In this document: positions 9,976 to 19,830 of the stretch, one piece after another | Position numbering within the stretch: the first letter of the stretch is position 1 | Layout of the letters: each line of letters opens with the position of its first letter | Source of the DNA: an uncultured bacterium | Lineage (GTDB): Bacteria > Zixibacteria > MSB-5A5 > JAABVY01 > JAHJOQ01 | Length of the DNA stretch: 53,311 nt | Assembly (NCBI GenBank): GCA_965369655.1 | Contig: CBDUQR010000018.1 | Coordinates: forward strand, 1-53,311 | Direction: 5' to 3' | The notes under the pieces: generated by a model | Seen by the model: only the letters and a program-made list of their open reading frames with translations | Databases searched by the model: none | What the model was told of the DNA's origin: nothing | Position numbers and translations under genes: made by a program

Positions 9976-10003
9976 GTGTCCTATAATATATATTATGGAA
10001 ACC
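9976..10003. other. dif-like XerC/XerD recombination site
   Basis: GTGTCCTATAA-TATATA-TTATGGAAACC in 11-6-11 layout; 22/28 identical to the B. subtilis dif as recalled (ACTTCCTAGAATATATATTATGTAAACT); intergenic. Confidence 0.8.
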
Positions 10004-10057
10004 TCCAGCTCCGCAAAGAACTCTCAATATGACGTCTTGGGATCATCTTTTCCGATT

Positions 10058-12544
10058 CTATTTCACTACGAAGTTGATAAGTTTGCCCGGCACAACAATC
10101 TCTTTGATGATCTGTTTGCCGTCGAGGAACTTAGCGGCTTTCTCTGAAGCCTTTGCCTGAGCTATGATAGTATCTTTGTCGATGTTGGCTGGCACGTGGA
10201 TATTATCGCGGACTTTACCGTTAACCTGCACGACAATAGTTATTGTATCGGCTATTACCGCATCCGGGTCGTGCTCAGGCCACGTCGAGCGGAAAATCGT
10301 GTCGCTGAAGCCGAACATCTCCCAGAACTCCTCGGCGATATGCGGCGTCATCGGAGCCATCAGTTGAGTAATCTTCTGCAGCGCAAATTGATAGAATTGA
10401 TTGTTCTCAGTAGGATCAACCGCTGAGAAATCATTCATGAACTCCATCACGGCAGCGATACAAGTGTTAAATTGCAGTCTGTCAATATCTTCCGTGACTT
10501 TCTTGATCGTCTGGTTTAGCTTGATATAAACATCCCAGGCATTCTTGCCCAGATTCTGCCGAGAATATCTCTTATCTAGCGACGAAGGAGCGCGATCTGG
10601 ACACTCGTCGACCATACGATACAGCTTTGCCGCGAAGCGTTCGACGCCGATGATTCCATCCTCGGACCAGAGAACGTCTTTGCCAGAAGGCGCTGCGAAA
10701 TACATCGCCAGGCGGGTCACATCGATTCCCTTGCGATCTGCTACCTCCATCGGTTCGATAACAATCCCGTGGCTCTTTGACAATGGTCTCCCCTCGCTAT
10801 CGGCGACCATGCCGTGGTTGACGAGCCGCAGCGCAGGTTCTTCGATATCGAGATAGCCGATATCCTTCAGGAATTTTGTAAAGAAGCGGAAGTACAAAAG
10901 ATGCCCGGTAGCGTGCTCGTACGTGCCGCCGATGTATATATCGACTGGCAGCCAGCGAGCGGCCTTCTTCGGGTCGAACGGTTCTTCGTCGTTCAGCATG
11001 TCTGTATACCTGAATAAGTACCATGACGAACAGACAAATGTGTCCATTGTGTCGGCGTCACGCTTTGCTGGTTTGCCGCAATTCGGACAGGTTGTGTTGA
11101 TATACTCAGGAACATCCTCAAGCGGAGATCGCCCCCTGGCGATATAATTCTCGACCTCCGGCAGCAGGATTGGCAAGTTTTCGATCTTCTCCGCAACAGG
11201 TCCGCACGACTCACAGTGCACAATCGGTATTGGGCAACCCCAATATCGCTGGCGAGATATGAGCCAGTCTCTCAACTTATAGTTTATCTCAGCGCCGCCA
11301 ATGCCTTGTTCTGCCGCATATTGCGTGACAGCTTGAATCGCGTCATTTCCCTCGCGGTCGTCGAATCGGTCCGAGTTGACCATAACGCCATATTCAGTGA
11401 ACGCCTCCTCCAGATCCTGGACATCCAATGTGGACCCTTTAGGATGGATCACAACCTTGATCGGAATATCGTACTTTTTCGCAAACTCAAAATCCCGCTG
11501 GTCGTGGGCCGGCACCGCCATGACCGCGCCGGTGCCGTATGAGGCGAGCACATAGTCAGCGATCCAGAGTTGAACCTTCTCGCCGGAAAATGGATTGACC
11601 GCGAAACAACCGGTGAAAACGCCGTCTTTGTCTTCCGTATCCGCGATGCGGTCGATTTCTGATTTCTGAAGCGATTTCTCGATATAGTCGTCGACAGCGG
11701 TTTTCTTGTCATCAGGAATCGGCAACCGATCCACGATGTCCGCTTCGGGAGCGATAGCCATAAACGTCACGCCGTAGACAGTATCGGGCCGCGTCGTGAA
11801 AATCGGCAGCCTCTCCCCTGTCTCGGCTATGGCAAAATCGACTCGACACCCTGTCGATTTACCGATCCAGTTCCGCTGCATCGCGCCGACGCTGTCGATC
11901 CAGCCGGGGACATGATCGAGACCATCGAGCAGCCGTTCGGCATAATCAGTGATCTTGAAAAACCACTGTTCGAGCTTGCGCTTAGTGACCTGACTATCGC
12001 AACGCAAGCATTTTCCTTCGGCATTGACCTGTTCGTTGGCGAGAACCGTATTGCATTTCTCGCACCAGTTGACAGACGCTTTTTTTCGATAAGCCAGTCC
12101 TTTCTCGAACAGCTTCACGAACATCCACTGTGTCCACCGGTAGTATTCGGGCAGACATGATGTCACCTCGCGGCTCCAGTCGAACGAGATTCCGGCCTTC
12201 TTGAGTGTTTCCCTCGACAACTCGATATTTTCCAGCGTCCATTTTTTCGGATGCAATTTATGTTTGATCGCAGCGTTCTCAGCCGGAAGCCCGAACGCAT
12301 CCCAGCCGAACGGATGCAGAATGTCATGTCCCTGCATCATTTTCCAGCGAGCTATGGCGTCACCATATATGTAGTTGCGGAAATGCCCCATGTGCATGTC
12401 GCCGGATGGGTATGCGAACATGACAAGCACATAGTACGGATTCTTGGGATCATCTGAAGCCTTGAACAGCTCCATTTCATCCCAGCACTTTTGCCATTTG
12501 CTTTCAATGTCTGCGAACGGGTATGTCCCTGATGTTCGATTCAT
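10058..12544 (-). CDS. leuS: Leucine--tRNA ligase
   Basis: MFAYPSG..HMGH, GWDAFGLPAENAA, FTTRPDT editing domain, LRDWLISRQRYWG; start trimmed because a promoter lies in the ORF-track extension (ATG 12565 also possible). Confidence 0.97.
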   Translation of the reverse strand: MNRTSGTYPFADIESKWQKCWDEMELFKASDDPKNPYYVLVMFAYPSGDMHMGHFRNYIYGDAIARWKMMQGHDILHPFGWDAFGLPAENAAIKHKLHPKKWTLENIELSRETLKKAGISFDWSREVTSCLPEYYRWTQWMFVKLFEKGLAYRKKASVNWCEKCNTVLANEQVNAEGKCLRCDSQVTKRKLEQWFFKITDYAERLLDGLDHVPGWIDSVGAMQRNWIGKSTGCRVDFAIAETGERLPIFTTRPDTVYGVTFMAIAPEADIVDRLPIPDDKKTAVDDYIEKSLQKSEIDRIADTEDKDGVFTGCFAVNPFSGEKVQLWIADYVLASYGTGAVMAVPAHDQRDFEFAKKYDIPIKVVIHPKGSTLDVQDLEEAFTEYGVMVNSDRFDDREGNDAIQAVTQYAAEQGIGGAEINYKLRDWLISRQRYWGCPIPIVHCESCGPVAEKIENLPILLPEVENYIARGRSPLEDVPEYINTTCPNCGKPAKRDADTMDTFVCSSWYLFRYTDMLNDEEPFDPKKAARWLPVDIYIGGTYEHATGHLLYFRFFTKFLKDIGYLDIEEPALRLVNHGMVADSEGRPLSKSHGIVIEPMEVADRKGIDVTRLAMYFAAPSGKDVLWSEDGIIGVERFAAKLYRMVDECPDRAPSSLDKRYSRQNLGKNAWDVYIKLNQTIKKVTEDIDRLQFNTCIAAVMEFMNDFSAVDPTENNQFYQFALQKITQLMAPMTPHIAEEFWEMFGFSDTIFRSTWPEHDPDAVIADTITIVVQVNGKVRDNIHVPANIDKDTIIAQAKASEKAAKFLDGKQIIKEIVVPGKLINFVVK

Positions 12545-12637
12545 TCCAGTCTCTGATTGTTTCATGGCTGCTCGTAAACGCCTTTTGTCTAAAGGATACG
12601 CCTCGTGACGCTTCAGCTCAAAACAGTAATGGTTAGG

Positions 12638-12666
12638 ATTATAGCTGCGATCGGGTGATTTGGCAA
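12638..12666 (-). promoter_or_regulatory. Sigma-70 promoter of leuS
   Basis: TTGCCA-17 nt-TATAAT on the minus strand. Confidence 0.75.
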
Positions 12667-12750
12667 CCACAAATTCGTCTCATGGAAGCGCGAGTTCCTG
12701 TAGGAGCCTGACGCGCACAATGTTTCAATGTGACATAAACCCATAGAATC

Positions 12751-12842
12751 GTCGTCGCGAGGAGCGTCCGCGACGTGGCGATCTCAGTTTTACTCACCAA
12801 GCTGAGATTGCCACGCTCCCTTTGGTCGCTCGCAATGACGGC
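12751..12842. repeat. Inverted REP doublet (empty form of the 151-430 element)
   Basis: Reverse complement of 12805-12842 differs from 151-188 at only 2 positions. Confidence 0.8.
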
Positions 12843-12875
12843 GATTGTCATTCCACGTCGCTGAGCTTTTGCCTC

Positions 12876-12948
12876 GTCAGGATCACAGGGATCTGACCTA
12901 CTCAAGACTACAATCCTCGATGTCAATCCCCAAGTGGGATTGACCTAC
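12876..12948 (-). repeat. Two GTAG-type REP hairpins
   Basis: GTCA...TGACCTAC hairpins at 12876-12901 and 12919-12948 (GTAGGTCA on the minus strand). Confidence 0.7.
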
Positions 12949-12981
12949 AATTGAATATCAATTGCGCGCCATCATTCATCA

Positions 12982-13356
12982 TCAACGTCGGAAAATTGTC
13001 ACTCGTCTGCTGCGATTGGGATCGATGATACGTTCGAGAATGATCGATACTATCGAGATGCAGATCGAGGCCAGCACGGCGTTGAAAAAACCACCGACCT
13101 CAAACCCGCGAATCAGCAGGTCTGTCAGTTTTAGCAGAAATGAGTTGATCACTATCACAAAAATTCCAAGCGTCAGGAAACTGATCGGCAACGTGATCAG
13201 TATCAGCAGCGGTTTGAGCCATGCGTTCAATATGCCCAGTATCAGAGCTGCGAGAATCAGCGTCGTGCCTGAATTGACTTCGATCAAGCCGATCAGTTCT
13301 GCGACAACGAATATCGTGATCGAATATATCAGCCATCTAAGCAGGAATTTCATCAT
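12982..13356 (-). CDS. YvlD/DUF360 4-TM membrane protein (phage holin 4 family)
   Basis: ILNAWLKPLLILITLPISFLTLGIF motif. Confidence 0.85.
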   Translation of the reverse strand: MMKFLLRWLIYSITIFVVAELIGLIEVNSGTTLILAALILGILNAWLKPLLILITLPISFLTLGIFVIVINSFLLKLTDLLIRGFEVGGFFNAVLASICISIVSIILERIIDPNRSRRVTIFRR

Positions 13357-14210
13357 GACCTCCTCTGTGATCCCGATCCCCGAGGGACCAGCCAGTCGTA
13401 TGTGAAAGGGGCGAACATCCCGATGATGCGGGCCTTGAGTATCTCAAGCCAGAACAGACGTCCCCTCCTGAGTTTGATGCGCAACGAAAATCTGTTGTCG
13501 AATCTGTTCAGTGGTACTCTCGGGATCGCGTGAGGATCCCGCCACATCCGAGGATTGCCGTTCGCTGTGCCGAACGCCGCTGTGAAACCTGAATCCTTGA
13601 CTGCTCCAATTACTGTTGAATTGTATCGTCCGAATGGATACGAGAAATACTGATAAGAGTTGCCTGAACCTCTCCCCGTCTCTTCGGTCAATCTTGCTTG
13701 CCCGACCACAGTCAGATCGGGATGCGTGGATGAGTGAGATCCGATCGAAATCAAACCAGTAGCAACCATCTCGCTGATCTGCTCCTGCGTCAGATGACGA
13801 CGACCACTTTGTCGGTAGTCCCAATCGACTTCTCGATCGATGTAAGATGTCGGGATGAAGATCAGGGCAGGTATTGATCTCTCTACGAGCAGTGGAAATA
13901 CACTGTCGTACAAGCTCTCTAAGCCATCATCGAAAGTCAGGAGTAATGCATCAGATTTCCGATCACGAAGGAATTCCTCAGGACTGACAAACCTGTATCC
14001 ACACGCAATGGCCTCATCGAGGAACATCTCGAATGATCTTTGCGAGATCGCGCTCGCCGACGTAAACCCGGGTTTCTTCAGGACTTCGTGGACGAGATAG
14101 CAGTTTGGAATGTCCGCCACGCAGGGACGCAATCGAACAAACCAGTAGAAATACAATGCAATGATCAGTGTGGCCAGTGAGGCTGCGACTATAATCGCCA
14201 GCGTTGTCAC
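13353..14210 (-). CDS. Polysaccharide deacetylase family protein
   Basis: LLTFDDG, GSHSSTH, FSYPFG motifs; GTG start overlapping the upstream TGA. Confidence 0.88.
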   Translation of the reverse strand: MTTLAIIVAASLATLIIALYFYWFVRLRPCVADIPNCYLVHEVLKKPGFTSASAISQRSFEMFLDEAIACGYRFVSPEEFLRDRKSDALLLTFDDGLESLYDSVFPLLVERSIPALIFIPTSYIDREVDWDYRQSGRRHLTQEQISEMVATGLISIGSHSSTHPDLTVVGQARLTEETGRGSGNSYQYFSYPFGRYNSTVIGAVKDSGFTAAFGTANGNPRMWRDPHAIPRVPLNRFDNRFSLRIKLRRGRLFWLEILKARIIGMFAPFTYDWLVPRGSGSQRRS

Positions 14211-15481
14211 CTCGACATGATATCCCAATCGATCAGATCGAGGAACCCATCCTCCACCGGCCCCAGAAACGCCGCAGCGCAACGATCGGGATCGAAAACG
14301 GCAGTGAGCGCCTCGTTGACATCGTCACGTGTTACAGCCTCAATCTTCTGAACCGTATCCTCGACCGATACGTAAGAATTGTATCCAAGTTCATGACGCG
14401 CGAGGCGATTCATCCTGCTGCTGGTTCCTTCAAGCCCGAGCAGAAGATTTCCCTTGAGTTGCTGCCGGGACATGTCGAGTTCTTTATCGGTGATGCTCTC
14501 ATCGCGAATCTTCCGCAGCTCTTTCAGTATCACATCACTGCTCTTGACAGCGGTTTTGTTGTCCGTGCTGAGGCTTACGCAAAACGTGCCGCCATCTCTC
14601 AGGAAATCCTGATACGTATAGACCGAGTAGGCGAATCCGAGCTTCTCGCGCACAGCCTGGAACAAGCGAGACGACATCCCTGCTCCGAGAATGTTGTGAA
14701 GGATCAGCAGCGCAAACTTGTTCGGATGTGTGAATCGATAGCCCGGAAAGCCGATGCACATCTGCATCTGGTTGGAATCGCGGTGAGTCGCCACCCTTGT
14801 CGGCATGGCTGCGTCTCCATCCGATTTCACTGCCGCGACAGGTTCCTGCTTTTCGAGCCTCAACTTCTGTTCCACAAGATCGAACAATTGCGCGTGATCG
14901 ACATTGCCCGCAGCGGCTACGACAATCCGGCCGGAAGTGTAGTTTCGATTCTTGAACGACATGAGCGTGTCACGCGTCATCGAAGAGATCAATTCGGCGT
15001 TGCCCATTATCGGATTGCCAAGAGAGTTACCGTCCCAGAACGCCCTTGCGAACAGGTCGTGTATGTAGTCCGAGGGCGTATCGAATACGTCTTTAATCTC
15101 CTCGATGATCACATTGCGTTCTTTTTCGATTTGTTCTTCCTTGAAGAGAGATTCAGTCAGAATGTCCAGGAGAACGTCGACAGCAATGGGCAAATGCTCG
15201 TCGATGACCCGCGCGAAGTAACAAGTCTGTTCGCGGCTCGTGAAGGCATTCAGATTCCCGCCGAGCGATTCAAGCGCAGAAGCAATCTCAAAAGCGGAGC
15301 GTTTCTCCGTCCCTTTGAATGTCATGTGTTCTATGAAATGACAGATGCCATTTTCATCCGGGGACTCGTCGCGAGAGCCGATGTCCACCCAAACACCGAT
15401 AGATGCCGAGTGGAAATTCGGCACCGATTCGCTCACGACACGCACTCCGCGTGCCGTGATACTCTTATTATATAATGCCAT
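14207..15481 (-). CDS. M16 (pitrilysin-family) zinc peptidase
   Basis: HFIEH inverted zinc motif, NAFTSRE, GMSSRLFQ. Confidence 0.93.
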   Translation of the reverse strand: MALYNKSITARGVRVVSESVPNFHSASIGVWVDIGSRDESPDENGICHFIEHMTFKGTEKRSAFEIASALESLGGNLNAFTSREQTCYFARVIDEHLPIAVDVLLDILTESLFKEEQIEKERNVIIEEIKDVFDTPSDYIHDLFARAFWDGNSLGNPIMGNAELISSMTRDTLMSFKNRNYTSGRIVVAAAGNVDHAQLFDLVEQKLRLEKQEPVAAVKSDGDAAMPTRVATHRDSNQMQMCIGFPGYRFTHPNKFALLILHNILGAGMSSRLFQAVREKLGFAYSVYTYQDFLRDGGTFCVSLSTDNKTAVKSSDVILKELRKIRDESITDKELDMSRQQLKGNLLLGLEGTSSRMNRLARHELGYNSYVSVEDTVQKIEAVTRDDVNEALTAVFDPDRCAAAFLGPVEDGFLDLIDWDIMSR

Positions 15482-15490
15482 TTTATGCTG

Positions 15491-17671
15491 CTATCTGGAT
15501 CTCTGTCCGTACGGTTTTCTCGGACCGCCCCTGCTGGGACCCCGTCCTCTGTCGCGATTATCGTTCCTCGGCGGTTCAACATAGCCCTCAGGTTTATCCA
15601 TGAGAGCTTTTCGCGAAAGCCGTATCTTACCAGTCGGATCGATATCGAGCACAATCACCCGAACCGTATCGCCGAGGCGCATGACATCCTCGACCCGCTC
15701 GGTGCGGGTATAAGCGATTTCGGATATGTGAAGCAGGCCATCCTGATTCGGAAGAATCTCGATGAAAGCGCCGAAATCCGCGATCCTCTTGACTGTGCCT
15801 TCGTATATCTTGCCAATTTCAGGTTCTTCTGTTCTTGCGAGCACCATTGCTTTGGCTTTCTCTCCAGCCTCGCCGCCAACAGCCGCGATGAACACGGTGC
15901 CATCATCCTCGATGTCGATCCTGGCGCCGGTCTCTTCGATTATCGAACGGATAATCTTGCCACCGGGTCCGATCACATCGCCGATCTTCGACTGCGGGAT
16001 CTTGAGGATTATGATTCTCGGAGCATACGTGGAAAGTTCGGCGCGCGGTTTCTCGATTGTCTTGTCCATCTCGTCAAGAATATACAAACGCGCATCGCGC
16101 GCCTGGTTCAGGGCCTTCCGCATGATGTCGAGCGTAATGCCCGTCACCTTGAGGTCCATCTGGAATGCACAGATGCCTTCGCGCGTACCTGTGACCTTGA
16201 AATCCATGTCGCCGAAATGATCCTCCTGACCAAGAATGTCAGTCAGGATTGCGACCTTGTCCCCCTCTTTGATCAATCCCATCGCTATTCCGGCGATCGG
16301 ACACTTGATCGGAACGCCAGCATCCATGAGCGCGAGACTCGACCCACACACGCTCGCCATCGATGATGATCCATTCGACTCAAGGATATCAGAGACGATT
16401 CTGATCGTGTACGGGAAGTTGTCCTCGTTCGGTATGATTTTCGCGACCGACCGCTCTGCGAGCGCACCATGACCGATTTCACGGCGGCCCGGTCCCCTGA
16501 GAAACCGGCATTCCCCGACGGAAAACGGCGGGAAGTTGTAATGCAGCATGAGCGATTTTTTCGTCTCGCCCATTATGTCATCGATGCGCTGCTCGTCCGC
16601 CTTGGAACCGAGCGTAACGGTAACGAGCGCCTGCGTCTGGCCACGTGTAAAGATCGCCGAACCATGAGTGCGCGGCAGATAGCCGACTTCACTGCTGATC
16701 GGCCTGACGTCGGTCAAGCCGCGACCATCCATTCTCCTGCCTTCGCTGATGATGCGTCTGCGCATATCAGCCTGCTCGATCTCCTCGATTATCCCATGCA
16801 CTTTGCGCTTACACTCGGGGTATTTCTCTTCAAGTTCTTCAGTTGTTTTGTCGAGCAACTCGTCAAACTTATCCCTGCGCTCGTGTTTGTCTGCGATGAA
16901 ATTGATCTCCGGAATCACAGATTCGACTTTGGCCTTGACTTTGGCTACGAATTCCTCATCAACCTCCGGAGGTGTGATCTCTCTCTTGGGCTTGCCAGCC
17001 TTCTCACGAAGTGTCTCTATCGCCACTACGATTTTCCTGATTACGTCATGGCCGCATTCCAAAGCACTGAGAATATCCTCCTCGGATATTTCGCGGCAGC
17101 CGCCCTCGACCATAGTCACAGCGTCAGCACTGCCGGCCATTACCAGGTTAATATCCGATTCCTCAAGTTGCTGCAATGTCGGATTCACAACAAGCTCGCC
17201 GTCAATCCTCCCTATGCGAACGCCTGCGATCGTCGTATCGAACGGGATGTCCGAAATGACGAGCGCGGCGGAAGATCCGATGAGTCCGAGAATATCGGAG
17301 TCGTTCTCCTGATCCGAAGAAAGTACAGATACGAGAACCTGTGTCTCACACCTGTAGCCCTCCGGGAACAGAGGCCGAATCGGCCTGTCTATGATACGGC
17401 TCGACAGAATTTCCTTCTCCGAAGGTCGCCCTTCTCTTTTGAAGAATCCCCCCGGAATCTTACCTGCAGCGGATGTTTTCTCGCGGTAGTCGACTATCAG
17501 TGGAAAGAAATCCTGATCGAGTCTCGGTTCTTTTTCCCCAACGGCCGTAGCCAGAATCATTGTGTCAGCGTACCGAACAGTTACTGCGCCATGCGCCTGC
17601 TTTGCGACCCTGCCAGTTTCCAGAGTGAGAGTGCGGCCCCCAATTTCCAATTCGATTTTTTCGATCATCAA
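15491..17671 (-). CDS. pnp: Polyribonucleotide nucleotidyltransferase
   Basis: GKIPGGFFKREGRP, RREIGHG, ESNGSSSMAS, KH and S1 domains. Confidence 0.98.
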   Translation of the reverse strand: MMIEKIELEIGGRTLTLETGRVAKQAHGAVTVRYADTMILATAVGEKEPRLDQDFFPLIVDYREKTSAAGKIPGGFFKREGRPSEKEILSSRIIDRPIRPLFPEGYRCETQVLVSVLSSDQENDSDILGLIGSSAALVISDIPFDTTIAGVRIGRIDGELVVNPTLQQLEESDINLVMAGSADAVTMVEGGCREISEEDILSALECGHDVIRKIVVAIETLREKAGKPKREITPPEVDEEFVAKVKAKVESVIPEINFIADKHERRDKFDELLDKTTEELEEKYPECKRKVHGIIEEIEQADMRRRIISEGRRMDGRGLTDVRPISSEVGYLPRTHGSAIFTRGQTQALVTVTLGSKADEQRIDDIMGETKKSLMLHYNFPPFSVGECRFLRGPGRREIGHGALAERSVAKIIPNEDNFPYTIRIVSDILESNGSSSMASVCGSSLALMDAGVPIKCPIAGIAMGLIKEGDKVAILTDILGQEDHFGDMDFKVTGTREGICAFQMDLKVTGITLDIMRKALNQARDARLYILDEMDKTIEKPRAELSTYAPRIIILKIPQSKIGDVIGPGGKIIRSIIEETGARIDIEDDGTVFIAAVGGEAGEKAKAMVLARTEEPEIGKIYEGTVKRIADFGAFIEILPNQDGLLHISEIAYTRTERVEDVMRLGDTVRVIVLDIDPTGKIRLSRKALMDKPEGYVEPPRNDNRDRGRGPSRGGPRKPYGQRSR

Positions 17672-17705
17672 TTTACCTTTGTTTTCCTCAGTTGCGCGTG
17701 CTTGC

Positions 17706-17975
17706 TTAGCGGCGGAGATCCAGCTTCTGTATCAGTTCGCGGTACGCCTCAACGTCTTTTTTCTTGAGGTAATCGAGAAGTTTTCTCCTTTTGCCCACCA
17801 TTCTGAGCAATCCGTAGCGTGAATGATAATCCTTCTTGTGATATTCCATGTGAAGCGTCATCTCGTTGATGCGCTGTGTAAGCAATGCAATCTGGACTTC
17901 CGGAGAGCCGGTGTCCTTTTCATGCAGCTTGAAATGCTCGACGATCTCAGCCGTCTTTTCTTTCGCTAATGGCAT
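17706..17975 (-). CDS. rpsO: 30S ribosomal protein S15
   Basis: [13 protein letters not shown]...HSRYGLL; 89 aa. Confidence 0.98.
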   Translation of the reverse strand: MPLAKEKTAEIVEHFKLHEKDTGSPEVQIALLTQRINEMTLHMEYHKKDYHSRYGLLRMVGKRRKLLDYLKKKDVEAYRELIQKLDLRR

Positions 17976-17976
17976 C

Positions 17977-18900
17977 TTACTCCCTATCGGACAATATACT
18001 TCTTATCTCTTTTTCATCGCGAGCGATCTGCTCGATCAGCATTTCAGTTGTCTCAAACTTCACACTCTCTCGTGTTCTCGCAACAACATCGACATCGATT
18101 TTCTTCCCGTACAGATCGTCCGAGAAGTCAAAGATGTTAATCTCGAAATCGAATATCGAGCGATCCTCGCTGATATACATCATTCCGGGTAACCACTCAT
18201 CCGACACCCTGACTTTCGCGGCATAGACACCGCACTTCGGAATCAGCTTATCGGGATGCGCCCTGATGTTGATCGTCGGATAGCCGTATCGCATGCCGAC
18301 TCCCCGCCCCCTGACGACCTCGCCGGAAATCCTGAAAGGCCGTCCGAGCATCGCCACAGCCGACGCGAAATTACCCTCGAAGAGTTCATGTCTGATACGG
18401 CTCGAATGCACAGGCTCGCCATCGTACATGACCGGTTCGAGAATCCTGACTTCGTATCCGAATTCCTCCTTCTTCTCTTCCAGGAGAAAAGCGTTTCCTT
18501 CGCGCTTCCGCCCGAAAGTGTGGTTGTACCCAACCGACACGAACTTGGCGCCGCATTTGCCGACGAGAACTTCGCGAATATAGTCCTCCGCCTTCAAAAC
18601 GGCTAATTTGGTATTAAACTCAAAAAGGGCCAGATAGTCAAGGCCAATTTTCTCCAGTATTCGGACACGTTCATCATCGAGCGTCAGCAGCGGTATCCTG
18701 CGGCTCGGTCTCAGCACCTTCGCCGGATGCGGCGTAAAGGTCAGCAGAACCGAAGGCATGTTGAGCCGGCGGCCGGCCTCGATTACGCCCTTGAGCAATT
18801 CAACATGACCGAGATGAATACCGTCGAATGTGCCCTGCGTCAGCGCAGCCCCTTCAGGGAATGCACTGGGTGCGTCGAGACTTAAGTGTATGATCTTCAT
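17977..18900 (-). CDS. ribF: Bifunctional riboflavin kinase/FAD synthetase
   Basis: [21 protein letters not shown] motifs. Confidence 0.95.
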   Translation of the reverse strand: MKIIHLSLDAPSAFPEGAALTQGTFDGIHLGHVELLKGVIEAGRRLNMPSVLLTFTPHPAKVLRPSRRIPLLTLDDERVRILEKIGLDYLALFEFNTKLAVLKAEDYIREVLVGKCGAKFVSVGYNHTFGRKREGNAFLLEEKKEEFGYEVRILEPVMYDGEPVHSSRIRHELFEGNFASAVAMLGRPFRISGEVVRGRGVGMRYGYPTINIRAHPDKLIPKCGVYAAKVRVSDEWLPGMMYISEDRSIFDFEINIFDFSDDLYGKKIDVDVVARTRESVKFETTEMLIEQIARDEKEIRSILSDRE

Positions 18901-19830
18901 CTATATAACCCTGAGATACTTGAGTACAGGTTTGTCCTGACACTCCCGATCATCGAACTCGACGCTATCCATCAGCGCTTCGGCCACCGCAAGGAGTTCG
19001 CCATCTGAATTCGTGATCGCAATATTGTCACCGGCAAAGAACTCGCCGGTGATCGAATTGACATTCTCCGGCGTGAGAGCAACGCCATTGCTCACCGGCC
19101 TGTGCAAGTCGTCGCCGACCATGATTCCGGGGAGATTGACCGCGTCGCAGAGGCTGATTATCAACTGATCGAGCTTGCGTAATTGCTCCCTCGCCTGAAT
19201 CTGGCCGATAGTAAGCGCAGCATCCAGCGCAAATTTGCCCACGCGTGTTCTCATCAGGGAAAAGAGATGTGCGCCACATTCGAGCCGGCTGCCTATATCA
19301 TGGACGAGCGAGCGGATGTATGTTCCCCTGGAACAGCAGACCTCAATTCTCACATGTGGCAGATCGAAATCGATCACGCTGATACTCCTGACCGTGACAC
19401 GCTTGTATCGCTCTGGCGGCTCGACGCCTTTGCGGACGAGCGCATACATCGGTTTGCCATCGACCTTCGCAGCCGAATATCGGGGAATGCTCTGATCGAT
19501 CTCCCCCGCAAACTCGGGAAGCAAATCCGCAACATCTCGCTCCGTTATCCCTCGCCAGTCAGACTCTTCGACTGTCACGCCGAGCCGGTCGTATGTTTCT
19601 GTCGTCCTTCCTAACACAAAATCCGCTATGTATTCCTTCTCCTCGCCCGAGATAAACTTCGCTATTTTCGTCGCCTTCCCCACGCACACCACCAGCAGGC
19701 CGGTTGCAAGAGGATCGAGAGTCCCGCAGTGGCCGACTCGCCTGACGTGAAGTATCGATCTCAACTTCGCGACGACATCGAACGAGGTTATTCCCTGCTG
19801 TTTGTTTACGAGCAGGACACCATCAGTCAT
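18901..19830 (-). CDS. truB: tRNA pseudouridine(55) synthase
   Basis: GHCGTLDPLATG, CSRGTYIRSL. Confidence 0.96.
   Translation of the reverse strand: MTDGVLLVNKQQGITSFDVVAKLRSILHVRRVGHCGTLDPLATGLLVVCVGKATKIAKFISGEEKEYIADFVLGRTTETYDRLGVTVEESDWRGITERDVADLLPEFAGEIDQSIPRYSAAKVDGKPMYALVRKGVEPPERYKRVTVRSISVIDFDLPHVRIEVCCSRGTYIRSLVHDIGSRLECGAHLFSLMRTRVGKFALDAALTIGQIQAREQLRKLDQLIISLCDAVNLPGIMVGDDLHRPVSNGVALTPENVNSITGEFFAGDNIAITNSDGELLAVAEALMDSVEFDDRECQDKPVLKYLRVI

Noticed and set aside
6848-10003. pil cassette as a Xer-integrated island
   Set aside because: No second dif-like site or integrase found on the other side
12566-12670. N-terminal extension of LeuRS in the ORF track
   Set aside because: A consensus sigma-70 promoter lies within it, so the true start is downstream
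12982-13356. Prophage suggested by the holin-family gene
   Set aside because: YvlD-type genes are common chromosomal genes and no phage genes are nearby
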